NCBI GenBank assembly: GCA_964386665.1
Contig: CAYLQP010000005.1
Span: forward strand, 177-64,176
Direction: 5' to 3'
Source of the DNA: an uncultured Candidatus Saccharibacteria bacterium
GTDB taxonomy: Bacteria; Patescibacteriota; Minisyncoccia; Phycocordibacterales; CAIRYW01
Length of the DNA stretch: 64,000 nucleotides
Made by a program: the position numbers and the translations under genes. Below are positions 30,971 through 41,383 of the stretch, one piece after another. The number at the start of each line of letters is the position of its first letter. Position 1 is the first letter of the stretch. The notes beneath the pieces are model-generated. The model made no database searches. It saw only the letters and a list, made by a program, of their open reading frames with translations, and had not been told where the DNA came from.

Positions 30971-33900
30971 TTATTTTTGAATTTGAATTGAGACTATTTC
31001 TCCTTCAATTGTTATGGTTTCACTCGATACTTCTCCTACCACAAACATACGGGCGTTCACTGCCTTTGCTACGAGATCCTTGTAACCTTCTTTTTCGAAC
31101 ATTACTCGCAAAGCATCACTTACCCCAAGAGCTACTTCCACCACATCAGTAGGTGAGCATCCTGCTTCTTTTCGTTTGTCTTGGATGGCACGTACAAACT
31201 CTCGCAATAACCCCTCTTCTCGAAGATCTTCAGTAACAACAATATCGAGTTTGATTTCTCCTTCTATGTTTGCATCGACTAATACTTCTTTTACGTTTAC
31301 TTCATCGGCAATAATTTCGAGGTAAGCGTCAGGAATGTGTTTTTTAATCACAAGTGTTCGAAGTGGTTGTCTTACTTTTATGTTTGATTTATTTCGAGCT
31401 TCAAGAGCAAGTGTTACTGTGGTTCGGGCTTCTTTCATTTCTTCTTCGATACTATCACTTACACCAAGCACGGTTGGCCACTCCTCTAAATGCACACTTT
31501 CTTTATCATCCTTGTGTCGAAGCTTGAGAAACACACTTTCGGCAAAAAACGGTGCAAATGGTGCCATTACCTTTGACAGAGTTTTGAGCACAACATAAAG
31601 AGTTTGCTTGGCTTCTTTGTCCCCTTCTCGAATCCGATCTCGAGACCGTCTGAGATACCACGTCGAAAGGTCGTCGATAAAATCTCGCATCGCTCGCACT
31701 GGTTCAAGTAGTTTGTATGAATCCATTTGTGTTTCAACGGTGAGTACTAAAGAAGACAACCGTGAGAGAATCCATTTATCAAGTATTGAATGCGAAGTGA
31801 CTTCGGTTTCTTCTTCAAGAGAAACATCACGATATAATTCATAAAACGAAAGTACGTTAGCAAAAAGATTAAATACTTTTTTGCTTATTTCATCAACGGT
31901 TCGTTCGTCGAAGTTTTTGCTTTCTCCTGGTTGATTGACACTATACATCCACAGACGCAGTGTATCGACTCCATATTTGTTAATCATCTCAAACGGATTG
32001 ATCACGTTTCCAAGACTCTTTGACATTTTTTTGCCATCTTTGTCCAAGAGGTGCCCCAAACAAATAACGTTTTTGTAGGCATGACCCTTACCCATAAGAC
32101 ATCCAACAGCATGAAGTGTGTAGAACCACCCTCGTGTCTGATCGATTGCTTCAGAAATAAAGTCTGCTGGGAATAATTTCGTTTCAAGTCCAAGCCCATC
32201 GGCATTTTGGGCAAATGGCATTGCCCCACTATCAAACCACACGTCCATCACTTCTTTGACTCGAGTAAGCTTTTCTCCTGTGTCATCTATTAGTTCAACT
32301 TGATCAATAAATGGTTTGTGGAAGTCGAGTCTGTATTCTTCATCGTGTGGAAGTGGGATAAATTCAAATGGTGTGTAACTACCTACTTCAAGAAAAACAG
32401 CTCCTGGTTCGTAGATTGATTCAACCTCTTTGTCCTCCGCCCCTTGTGCAACGCACTTAGCAAGTTTCATTGGACCATCATGAGAGATGATAAGAATGTT
32501 TTTGCCAGAAAATGTTTTTTCAATCTCATAGAAGAAATCTCCTACTCGCTTCTTTACATCCATAAGCGTTTCGAGATCTTCGTGTTTGGTAAGTAAACGG
32601 TCCATATAATTTGGATATACTTTCGCAAATTCTTCCCAAGGCTTTCCTGAAAGGATGCCAAAGTACTCTTCTGCAAGTCGAGGATCCTCTATTGCTTTTA
32701 TATCTCCTAACACCTTCTTCACTTCTTCCATTGTTTCTCGAGTTCGAGTAAGTGGAGAATAGAAAATCAAATCAATGTTTTGATCCTTAAGTATCTGCGC
32801 ACTTTTCGTTGCATCTTGTCTTCCCTTTTCGGTAAGGTGATGCACTTCTTCGTTGTCAGAAGAAAGCACTCCTTTGATGTTATGCTCCGCCTCTCCGTGA
32901 CGCATCAAGAAATATTTGTTTCCAGATACCTTGGTATGTTGCTTGAGTGTAGTAAGCGAATCGATCACAACTCGTTTTGTCTTGGATTCGTTTTCCCAGA
33001 TTGGAAGTGGTGTTCCCCAATACCGTTCACGTGAAATTGCCCAGTCTTTGATTTCTCGAAGCCATTCACCAAACCGCCCTTCTTTGATATAGTCTGGCTC
33101 CCAGTTAATCTTTTGGTTTTCGGAAAGCAAGGTTTCTCGAAGACTCAACATTCTGATGTACCAAGAGTCTCGTGCAAAATACAAAAGCGGAGTTTTACAT
33201 CGCCAACAGTGAGGGTATGTATGTTTGATGTTTTCTTGTTTGAAGAAAAGATTTCGATGTTTGAGTTCATTGATGATGTCTACCGCAAGAGTTGGTTTAC
33301 CGTTTTCGTCTTTTTCTTTTGCGAATCTGCCCGCAAGAAAACCGCACCACCCCTTGAAGTTACCATCTTCTCCAACCGTGTGGACTTTTGGGAGGTTTTC
33401 TTTGGTTCCAAGCGCGAAGTCATCTGCTCCATACATTGGTGCAATATGAACAATACCCGTTCCATCGGTTGTGTTTACAAAATCAGCGGCATATACCTTA
33501 AATGCATTAGAGATTTTTTCTTGTTCTCCTTCCGGTGCGTTTTCTTTCAAGAACGGGAAAAGTGGTTCGTATTCAAGACCAACAAAATCAGTTCCTTTTA
33601 GTTCTTCAAGAATTTCAAAACCTTCTTCTAAAATAGAAACTCTTTCTTTTGCCAAAACAAGAGCATCTGAAGAATCTTTATATTTTATCTTTACATATTC
33701 AATATCCTTCCCCACCGCAAGAGCAACGTTCCCAGGAAGTGTCCAAGGAGTTGTCGTCCACGCAAGAATATATGTATTCTCTTGACCTACTACTTTAAAT
33801 TTCACATATACAGACAAATCTTTTACTTCTTCATATCCTTGCGCAAGCTCGTGAGATGAAAGTGCAGTTCCACATCGAGGACACCACGGCAACACCTTGT

Positions 33901-34429
33901 AATCCTTGTAGAGAAGTCCTTTCTTTTCAACTTCACCTACAACACCCCACAGGTTTTCGATATAAGAATTATGAAATGTGTAGTATGCGTTTTCCTGATC
34001 TACCCAGTATCCAATTCGTTTTGTAAATCTTCCCCAATCTTCAAGATACGTAAACACACTTTGTTTACATCTCTTGTTAAACTCTGCTACACCAAATTGT
34101 TCAATTTCTTTTTTGCTTTTAAGTCCGAGCTCCTTTTCTACTTGAAGCTCAACTGGCAGTCCGTGTGTGTCCCACCCGCCCTTTCGTCCAACTCGAAACC
34201 CTTGCATTGTCTTGTAACGAGGTAAACAATCTTTGAAACTTCGAGCCTCAAGATGATGAATCCCAGGACGACCGTTTGCAGTTGGAGGTCCTTCATAAAA
34301 CACAAAATCTCCCTTTGGGGATTCTTTTGTTAAGGTTTTGTGAAAGATATCTTTTTCTTCCCAAAAGGTAAGGATTCGCTCTTCTTCGAGCGCTCGGTCG
34401 CTTTTCTTTTCTACTTCTTCATTACTCAT
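30971..34429 (-). CDS. ileS: Isoleucine--tRNA ligase (type 2) with an inserted histidine-phosphatase domain
   Basis: EGPPTANG, WTTTPWTL, ISRERYWG, DQTRGWF, KMSKS; insert with RHG...SHDG. Confidence 0.96.
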   Translation of the reverse strand: MSNEEVEKKSDRALEEERILTFWEEKDIFHKTLTKESPKGDFVFYEGPPTANGRPGIHHLEARSFKDCLPRYKTMQGFRVGRKGGWDTHGLPVELQVEKELGLKSKKEIEQFGVAEFNKRCKQSVFTYLEDWGRFTKRIGYWVDQENAYYTFHNSYIENLWGVVGEVEKKGLLYKDYKVLPWCPRCGTALSSHELAQGYEEVKDLSVYVKFKVVGQENTYILAWTTTPWTLPGNVALAVGKDIEYVKIKYKDSSDALVLAKERVSILEEGFEILEELKGTDFVGLEYEPLFPFLKENAPEGEQEKISNAFKVYAADFVNTTDGTGIVHIAPMYGADDFALGTKENLPKVHTVGEDGNFKGWCGFLAGRFAKEKDENGKPTLAVDIINELKHRNLFFKQENIKHTYPHCWRCKTPLLYFARDSWYIRMLSLRETLLSENQKINWEPDYIKEGRFGEWLREIKDWAISRERYWGTPLPIWENESKTKRVVIDSLTTLKQHTKVSGNKYFLMRHGEAEHNIKGVLSSDNEEVHHLTEKGRQDATKSAQILKDQNIDLIFYSPLTRTRETMEEVKKVLGDIKAIEDPRLAEEYFGILSGKPWEEFAKVYPNYMDRLLTKHEDLETLMDVKKRVGDFFYEIEKTFSGKNILIISHDGPMKLAKCVAQGAEDKEVESIYEPGAVFLEVGSYTPFEFIPLPHDEEYRLDFHKPFIDQVELIDDTGEKLTRVKEVMDVWFDSGAMPFAQNADGLGLETKLFPADFISEAIDQTRGWFYTLHAVGCLMGKGHAYKNVICLGHLLDKDGKKMSKSLGNVINPFEMINKYGVDTLRLWMYSVNQPGESKNFDERTVDEISKKVFNLFANVLSFYELYRDVSLEEETEVTSHSILDKWILSRLSSLVLTVETQMDSYKLLEPVRAMRDFIDDLSTWYLRRSRDRIREGDKEAKQTLYVVLKTLSKVMAPFAPFFAESVFLKLRHKDDKESVHLEEWPTVLGVSDSIEEEMKEARTTVTLALEARNKSNIKVRQPLRTLVIKKHIPDAYLEIIADEVNVKEVLVDANIEGEIKLDIVVTEDLREEGLLREFVRAIQDKRKEAGCSPTDVVEVALGVSDALRVMFEKEGYKDLVAKAVNARMFVVGEVSSETITIEGEIVSIQIQK

Positions 34430-34438
34430 ATATATGTA

Positions 34439-35476
34439 TTATCTCGGTAACATTTGATCTTTGTTAAACATAGTTGCAGATCTATCTTCGTATGACAGAC
34501 GGTCTCTAAACAATATCCCCAGAACAATAGAGAGCACTATACCAAGTACCGCCACAAAAGAGAAGACTTGGAGTGTTCGTTTTGTTTTTTGTTTGAAGCG
34601 CTCTGGAGCTTCTGTTGTTACGATGGTTTTGAGGTTTTGAAACACAGAAAAGTTAAAGATAGTAAGCAACGCCCAAAACGGTGCGAGCACAAGTGAAACA
34701 ATCAAAGACCATACGAGCATAAAGAGATAGTACGAAGCAGTGTGTGCTGTTGCCTCAGAAAGAATGATGTTTGTCACAAATGCAATTCCCCGATCCACTC
34801 CCCCATAAAAGAAATGTGTAAGCAAGATTGCAATAGTACCAAGCACAAAAAGAACTACTGCTCCAACACCCAAGAGTACGAGCATGAGTAATACATATCT
34901 TCCAAACACTTGTGCTCGTTTTCCGTTTACAAGCCAAAAGCTTGAAACAAGCGCATCGCCGGCTTTTTTCTTTTCGAGTACTACAAGTGGTGTCGCAAAC
35001 AAAAGACTAAGTGCAACCATCACTCCAGGTACGATAAGCAAGAAGGCTCCCCCGAGAGTTGCAACCATCCCTACTATCCACACAAGAAAAAGTGGAACAG
35101 TGCTTTTTAGTATTTTTTTGCTTGAGATAACGTGTGACTCTTCTATACCGTTGGATACATCTTGAACTTTTTTGATTGCACCAAGTTTGAGAAATTGAAA
35201 CAAAAGACCAATAAAAACTCCAACCAAAGATAGAACAACAGAAAAAAATATAAATAACCCTTTGCTTTCAACAACAGGCAACACTTTAAACCCAAGTAGA
35301 TTTATTAAAACATTGAGAAGTGACGGCACAAAAGCAAGCAAGAAAAAGAAAGAAGAAATAGTTAAGAAATGCTTAACAAAAAAACTCCAAGAGTGTGTAA
35401 ATAGCACCTTAAACGAATCAAGAGAAAGTTCGGTTGATTCAAGGGTGATGTTTGGTTTTGCGTGTGTATGTTCCAT
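34439..35476 (-). CDS. Polytopic membrane protein
   Basis: About 7 TM; LLIVPG...ALVSSFWLVNG. Confidence 0.75.
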   Translation of the reverse strand: MEHTHAKPNITLESTELSLDSFKVLFTHSWSFFVKHFLTISSFFFLLAFVPSLLNVLINLLGFKVLPVVESKGLFIFFSVVLSLVGVFIGLLFQFLKLGAIKKVQDVSNGIEESHVISSKKILKSTVPLFLVWIVGMVATLGGAFLLIVPGVMVALSLLFATPLVVLEKKKAGDALVSSFWLVNGKRAQVFGRYVLLMLVLLGVGAVVLFVLGTIAILLTHFFYGGVDRGIAFVTNIILSEATAHTASYYLFMLVWSLIVSLVLAPFWALLTIFNFSVFQNLKTIVTTEAPERFKQKTKRTLQVFSFVAVLGIVLSIVLGILFRDRLSYEDRSATMFNKDQMLPR

Positions 35477-35610
35477 AAATTATTTGTTGTTTTTAATCTA
35501 ATCATTATATCCCACTCTCCCCCCTTCACAAAATACAAAATTAGGTGTAGTATATTTATTCAGTAACAGCTCATTTCAAACCCGCTGTTACTTACCGACA
35601 ACCAACACCA

Positions 35611-35721
35611 ATGAAAACACCCGAAAGTACACAAACCCCTCCCGAACAAGAGACTAAATACCCAAGGCGGGAAAAGTTACGTTACCGCAACAACCAAGGA
35701 CGGAACAGAAGAAAACAATAA
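35611..35721 (+). CDS. Putative 36-aa basic small protein
   Basis: MKTPESTQ...RNRRKQ*; upstream TTCACA-17-TAGTAT promoter and downstream hairpin 35783-35812. Confidence 0.35.
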   Translation: MKTPESTQTPPEQETKYPRREKLRYRNNQGRNRRKQ

Positions 35722-35838
35722 AGACCAGGCTACACATTCCTGAGCTAATACCAGCACACTGAGAAGTGTGTTTTTTTATTTCAGAAGCGGGTGACCCAAG
35801 GGTCACCCGCTTCTTTGTTACAAGTTATCTGTTATTGA

Positions 35839-36762
35839 TTATGAGTTTATTGGCTGCACCTCAATTTTCTGCATACACTCTTCCCCACAAAACATTCCGC
35901 CTTTTTCAATACAGCTTTCACACACAAGCATATGCTTGTGACAAACAGGATTTTGACAGTTGATGTACCTTTCGGTTTGTACTCCACACTTATCACACAT
36001 ACCAACGATTTCTCGGTCACCGCCGAAATCCATTACCACTCTATTATCAAACGTATACAAAGCTCCTTTGAAATCTTCTCCAGGAAACTTCTCCATATAA
36101 CAATGCATTCCTCCATCAAGTTGATATACATCTTTAAATCCTTTTTTTACCAGATATCCACTCATCTTTTCACATCGGACTCCTCCTGTACACACCGTGA
36201 GCACCTTCTTGTCTTTGAGATGTTCTATCTTCTCTACAATCTTTGGTAAGTCTCGTGAGTTTTCGAGTCCAGGGTCAATTGAGTTTTTGAAGTGTCCTAC
36301 CTTGAACTCATAACTGTTTCGCATATCAACCACGACGAAGTCTTCATTCTTCTCATACCATTTTTTGAGTTCATCTGGTGAAAGATGCTTACCTGTGATG
36401 ACATTTGGATTTACATCCTCATCTCCAAGTCGAACTGATACAATTTCGTCGCGTACTTTTATCTTGAGCTTTGGGAACGCTTCTCCGGTACCTGCACTTG
36501 TTTTGAATTTCACATCCTTGAAACATCCCATTCCCCGTGTATCTGGAGAAATATGTAATTTGGTAAGTGTTTCTATATACTGATTCACATCTTCAACTCT
36601 TCCCTCAAGAGTGCAATTGATTCCTTCCTTGGCGATAATAATACGTCCCTTGAAACCCTTCGCAACACAAAATCCCCGATGCCACATCGCGAGGTGTTCT
36701 GGATGTTCAATTGGAGTGTATTTATAAAAAAGTAATACAACGAAATCTTTGTTTGAGTTCAT
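35839..36762 (-). CDS. trhO: Rhodanese-domain UPF0176 protein, TrhO-like tRNA U34 hydroxylase
   Basis: GRIIIAKEGIN, DMRNSYE..GHF, CTGGVRCEK, FDNR. Confidence 0.85.
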   Translation of the reverse strand: MNSNKDFVVLLFYKYTPIEHPEHLAMWHRGFCVAKGFKGRIIIAKEGINCTLEGRVEDVNQYIETLTKLHISPDTRGMGCFKDVKFKTSAGTGEAFPKLKIKVRDEIVSVRLGDEDVNPNVITGKHLSPDELKKWYEKNEDFVVVDMRNSYEFKVGHFKNSIDPGLENSRDLPKIVEKIEHLKDKKVLTVCTGGVRCEKMSGYLVKKGFKDVYQLDGGMHCYMEKFPGEDFKGALYTFDNRVVMDFGGDREIVGMCDKCGVQTERYINCQNPVCHKHMLVCESCIEKGGMFCGEECMQKIEVQPINS

Positions 36763-36850
36763 ACCTTATAAATATACGAAAAACCGCAAAAAAGTAAAGC
36801 AAAAGCCCGCAGCCGAAGGCTGCGGGCTTTTGCTTTTTTCTATATCCTAA

Positions 36851-37324
36851 CTAAACCGTTGGAGCAACATCTTGTGCTTTTGCAACAACGCAGTTTTCAC
36901 AACTTTTGTGACAATCACCACATCCTTTCCCAAGAGACATTTTTCCTGGACCAACAAGCATAATAGCTACAAGAGACGCAAGAAGTGATAGATCAAGTTC
37001 TGATGCAAGGTATTTACCAAGGAAAGGAACTTGAGGAAGTGTCCATTTCACTTTAAATGCCGCAACCGCCATCACAATTGCAAGAAGAAGTGCACCATAA
37101 AAAGAAAAGAGTCCAAGCATTACCGCGATACCTCCAACAATTTCAACTCCCGTTACAACATATGCCCAGAACGCACTAAATCCAATCTGATTAAAAAAAT
37201 CGATAGTTCCTTGCGGCTCTGTCATATGCATCGCCTTAAGCACTCCGTGAAATACAAAAGTTCCTCCCACAAACACACGAAGAACTAACAAACCAATATC
37301 TTTAGATTTTGAACAACAATTCAT
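36851..37324 (-). CDS. DoxX family protein
   Basis: LLVLRVFVG..F..HG..K, EIVGG, GPGKMSL. Confidence 0.9.
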   Translation of the reverse strand: MNCCSKSKDIGLLVLRVFVGGTFVFHGVLKAMHMTEPQGTIDFFNQIGFSAFWAYVVTGVEIVGGIAVMLGLFSFYGALLLAIVMAVAAFKVKWTLPQVPFLGKYLASELDLSLLASLVAIMLVGPGKMSLGKGCGDCHKSCENCVVAKAQDVAPTV

Positions 37325-37429
37325 ATAAAAACAAGTTAACTAATAATTAATGAGATAATTATAACATACCGATTTCAAAATTCTATCGTCATTTGATTTT
37401 TATAAAAAAAAGCTTATTATTCGGATTAG

Positions 37430-37696
37430 ATGAAAACAATGCTAATTATAAGATCAAAATCCCTTAAAGGATACTTAGATCATTTCACTTGCGCAGATGC
37501 AGGTGGAAGTAACGTTTCTGAAGAAACGGCAATGAAAGCACTTCGTCGGTTTCATAGACGACTGACAAAAGATGCGCCTACGGATCCAAGCCATCTTCAA
37601 GGCATCACGAACAAGATTGCCCGGCAAACCGGATGTCATATCCGTTTTGTCTTTAACAAAAAAAACAATCGTCCTTTGAGAATATGGAAAGCTTAA
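37430..37696 (+). CDS. Small basic hypothetical protein
   Basis: 88-aa ORF followed by a GGACC-TTCG-GGTCC-T terminator. Confidence 0.55.
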   Translation: MKTMLIIRSKSLKGYLDHFTCADAGGSNVSEETAMKALRRFHRRLTKDAPTDPSHLQGITNKIARQTGCHIRFVFNKKNNRPLRIWKA

Positions 37697-37728
37697 TACG
37701 GACCTTCGGGTCCTTTTTTATTTATCAC

Positions 37729-39423
37729 TTACATCTTCTCAACTTCACTCATCCCAAGAAGCCAAAGACCCTTCTGTAGAGTCGTGATAACACAATCAAC
37801 TACTGCAGTTTTGTATGGTGAATACACATCATCAATATCAGCAATTTTTTCTTTTGCATAAAACGAGTTAAATTCGGCAGATAGTCTCGTGAGGTACTCT
37901 ACAACTTTTTGAGGCGCTTTCTCTTCGAAAGCCCTCAAGGCAATATCTTTGAACTTAACAAGCTCTTTTTCAATTCCAAAACATTTTGATATATCGATTT
38001 CTTTTTTAATCTGTAAGTCTTGTGCTTTTTTCTGTACCGCCTTTGCACGCACAAGTGTATAGAGAAGGTACGGACCAGAATCCCCTTCAAATGAAAGAGC
38101 CTTCTCTCGATCAAAGATAATATCTTTACCTGGCGACTGTTTTAGAATCGCGTATTTAATAGCGCTAATTGATACGTTAGTTGCGATTTCTTTCTTCTCA
38201 CCATCTGATATGTCACGTTCAGTCATTTTTGCGAGCACTTCCTTTTCAGTGTCCATAATCAACGATTCACCGGTAACAATATTTCCCTTTCGAGAACTCA
38301 TTTTTCCTTCGGTAAGCCGAAGCATTCCGTGAGAAATAAACTCGAGACTCTCTGCACTTTTTGGATCAATAAGTCCAAGAACACATTTGATCACTTTGAA
38401 ATAATCAGTAATCTCGTTTGCTGAAGTAACCACAGATATATCAGGGGCATATCTTCGAATCTTTTCTAAGGTATTTGCAAGCTCTTTTGCTTCATATGTG
38501 GGAAGTCCTTGCGAATTCAAAAACACTCTTGTATGCAAACCATATTTCTCGCCTTTAAACACAACTGCACCATCACTTTCTTCAAACACATCTTTCATAT
38601 GTGCTCTCACTATCTTTACCGCGTCATCTGATACTTCGCTTTCAAATATATGAGAATCAAACCGTGTACCAAGTTTCTTGTATATCCGATCAAAGTACGT
38701 CAGACTCCACTGTCTCCCTTTGTCATAATACACTTGCAAGTCTGCGTCTGACTTTTCAAATAATTTTTTGTTTATTTCTTTGATTTCTTCTTTTGCCTTT
38801 TCGTCATCTTCAAACGCGTTTACTCCAACAACATATGCGTCTCCCATAAACTTAATCTTGTCATCTTCGGAGTCTTCATCGTGAGGAAAGGAAGCTCTTG
38901 CTTGTTTCATTGCCCAAATTGTTTTTGCAACGTGAAGACCAATATCTCCTTGATAGCACACTCTCTTCACATCCGCTCCTTGAAACTGCGCTAGTCTTGA
39001 AAGAGACTCGCCGACTGCGTTTGCCATCAAGTGACCAATATGAAATGCCTTAAAAGGGTTTGGGTCCGTATATTCAAAAATTGTTTTCTTCCCTTCAAGG
39101 AGATTACCTTTTGAAATTCCTTCTTTTTTGATCTTTAATACTTCGCTTACAAAAAAACTTTCTTTAAAAGAAAAGTTAATAAACCCTGGACCCGCGATTT
39201 CAATCTTAAGTACTTCATCCGGTAGATTTGTCTGTAATTTATCAATAATCTTTTCTGCTAAAGCACGTGGCGAAAGCTTTAGGGCTTTCGCTCCCACAAG
39301 TGCTACATTTGTTGCTATATCTCCATGAGAAGTGTCTTCAGTGTATTCAACCACAAAGGAAGAATTGACAATATTAAACTTTGTAAGTATTTCTTGTATA
39401 TTTTGTTTTAACACATCTTTCAT
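37729..39423 (-). CDS. argS: Arginine--tRNA ligase
   Basis: GPGFIN, EYTDPNPFK..HIGH, KMSSRKG, FEGDSGPY. Confidence 0.97.
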   Translation of the reverse strand: MKDVLKQNIQEILTKFNIVNSSFVVEYTEDTSHGDIATNVALVGAKALKLSPRALAEKIIDKLQTNLPDEVLKIEIAGPGFINFSFKESFFVSEVLKIKKEGISKGNLLEGKKTIFEYTDPNPFKAFHIGHLMANAVGESLSRLAQFQGADVKRVCYQGDIGLHVAKTIWAMKQARASFPHDEDSEDDKIKFMGDAYVVGVNAFEDDEKAKEEIKEINKKLFEKSDADLQVYYDKGRQWSLTYFDRIYKKLGTRFDSHIFESEVSDDAVKIVRAHMKDVFEESDGAVVFKGEKYGLHTRVFLNSQGLPTYEAKELANTLEKIRRYAPDISVVTSANEITDYFKVIKCVLGLIDPKSAESLEFISHGMLRLTEGKMSSRKGNIVTGESLIMDTEKEVLAKMTERDISDGEKKEIATNVSISAIKYAILKQSPGKDIIFDREKALSFEGDSGPYLLYTLVRAKAVQKKAQDLQIKKEIDISKCFGIEKELVKFKDIALRAFEEKAPQKVVEYLTRLSAEFNSFYAKEKIADIDDVYSPYKTAVVDCVITTLQKGLWLLGMSEVEKM

Positions 39424-39576
39424 ATCTCAATTTAACCACAAAATACCAAAACAAAAAAGCCGTTTCGCGAAGCGAAACGGCTTTTTTGTTTTTTTCTCTC
39501 CAATGCGTCGATATATATTTCAATCTCTTTAATAGAGTAAAGATTTTCTATAAAAAATACCCCAGAATTTCCGGGG

Positions 39577-39756
39577 TTAATCGTCCAAAGGAACATCAGG
39601 GACAACAAGGAAGTATTTGCCCTCTACCTCAATTACATTTTCGCTTTTTTTAGTAAGAGTAAACAAAAGTCCTCCTACTTTATAGCGGTTTTGATCCGGG
39701 GTGTCCTGAACCAAAGATTGCAACTGGGCTATGATTTCTGCTGAAATCTCAATCAT
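39577..39756 (-). CDS. Small hypothetical protein
   Basis: 59 aa, overlaps the stop of the kinase gene; TTGACA...TATATT promoter-like sequence in the kinase 3' end. Confidence 0.5.
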   Translation of the reverse strand: MIEISAEIIAQLQSLVQDTPDQNRYKVGGLLFTLTKKSENVIEVEGKYFLVVPDVPLDD

Positions 39757-40624
39757 ATTTTCTAGAATATAATAATAATGTCTTCTTGTCAATATTTAAT
39801 GATTCTGCAACATCACCAATTACTATATCGAGCATCCTTTCATCAGGAATCGCTCTAACTTTTTTATCCAATGATTCTTGAAGAACATATTCTTCTCCGT
39901 CCATTTCCCCCATATGCTTAGTCGATAATCCAAAATCAATTATCACTGGTTCACCACACTCATCAATCATTATATTTCCACCATGAAGATCTCTGTGTAC
40001 GTATTTAGCATTACGCATTTTTTGAAGTGCTTTTCGGATTTTTACAAAAAAAGTATATGGATCAAAATTTTCTGGGAAACCTTCCTGATCATCGATATAT
40101 TGATGAATCGATTTTCCTGCTATTTGCTCCATATATATAGCTTCGATATGATCTTTCACTCTTACCCCATCTCTTTCTTCTTCTAGATCCAAACTCATAA
40201 ACGCAGATAAACGAGGTACACGAATTACTCCGTTTAATAAATTTCTAATTTCCTCATGAATTCTTGCCTCTTCTTTCATAGAATTCGCGCCAGGTTGAGT
40301 TATTTTTTGCTCTTTCTGTGCACCAACAAATCTTTGATACATAGGATGAACTCTTTGTACTGAAACTCCTTCATCAAGCTCTATGGAAGGAAATACAGAA
40401 GAGTCCCTTTCTATTTTAAAACAAAAGCCCTCTGATCGATTTCCTGCAGAAACAACTCTTGCTGCCTGACCAACACCAAGAAGCAGCTCTTCTTCTGTTG
40501 ACCAACGACGAAGATTTTTAAGTAACCTTGCTTCAATTTTTCTTTGCTCCTTCTCCTCATGAAGCTCATAATCACTTCCTAATACCTCTTGAGTCGAATC
40601 ACTAAATTCAAATCTAATTACCAT
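39749..40624 (-). CDS. Protein-kinase-like (Ser/Thr or RIO/Kdo-like) protein
   Basis: LGVGQAARV, K, MEQIAG, HRDLHGGN, IIDFG. Confidence 0.85.
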   Translation of the reverse strand: MVIRFEFSDSTQEVLGSDYELHEEKEQRKIEARLLKNLRRWSTEEELLLGVGQAARVVSAGNRSEGFCFKIERDSSVFPSIELDEGVSVQRVHPMYQRFVGAQKEQKITQPGANSMKEEARIHEEIRNLLNGVIRVPRLSAFMSLDLEEERDGVRVKDHIEAIYMEQIAGKSIHQYIDDQEGFPENFDPYTFFVKIRKALQKMRNAKYVHRDLHGGNIMIDECGEPVIIDFGLSTKHMGEMDGEEYVLQESLDKKVRAIPDERMLDIVIGDVAESLNIDKKTLLLYSRKYD

Positions 40625-40636
40625 TGTTTTTGTTTA

Positions 40637-41314
40637 TTACAGTTTTAATTCTCCTTTTACTTCCCCCCAAACAATCTCATGAATTTCTTCAATCGAACGA
40701 AGAGTGTCTCCATCCATACAATCAATGCGCTTCCAAAAAGGTTCCCGTTTGAGCATAAAGAGTCCTGCTTCTTTTGAGTTGTGTAAATATTCAAAATCAC
40801 TGTCCGCTACGTCTCTTACTCCCTCTCGAGCCAAGATCAGTTGTTTTGACACATCTTCAGACACATCAAGATACAACACCATATCAGGTTTTAATACGCC
40901 AAGTGTCTGGTATTCCATCACAGAAAGCCAATCAAGAAACTTGTTTCTTTCACTTTCTTCTTTCATCTTCCCTCCTTGATGAATCTGATTACTTGAAACA
41001 TAACGATCGAGTATCACCACCTTTCCTTTATCAAGCCAATGGCGCAACTGCGAAATAGTTTCAAACCGGTCACACGCATAGAGGACCGATGTCACCTTCG
41101 GATCCATCTGCATAAAATTTCCGTGATGGCCATCCAGACATTCTCGAATTAGTTTCCCAAAAAGATTTTTTTCGTATTGAGGAAACCGTAGTGTCTCAAC
41201 AGAAACCCCTTCTTTTTTTAGTCGCAAAAAAAGCGCTTCAGTCTGAGTTGTCTTCCCACTCCCATCGGTCCCTTCAATAACAATAAGTTTTCCTCGTTTT
41301 AATTCGTGATTCAT
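40637..41314 (-). CDS. tmk: Thymidylate kinase
   Basis: IEGTDGSGKTTQ, FPQY, LDRYVSSN. Confidence 0.92.
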   Translation of the reverse strand: MNHELKRGKLIVIEGTDGSGKTTQTEALFLRLKKEGVSVETLRFPQYEKNLFGKLIRECLDGHHGNFMQMDPKVTSVLYACDRFETISQLRHWLDKGKVVILDRYVSSNQIHQGGKMKEESERNKFLDWLSVMEYQTLGVLKPDMVLYLDVSEDVSKQLILAREGVRDVADSDFEYLHNSKEAGLFMLKREPFWKRIDCMDGDTLRSIEEIHEIVWGEVKGELKL

Positions 41315-41383
41315 TATGTGTATTAGTATAATATAGGAAGCACATACAAACTACTCCTCCACCACCTCTACCATATTCACCCA

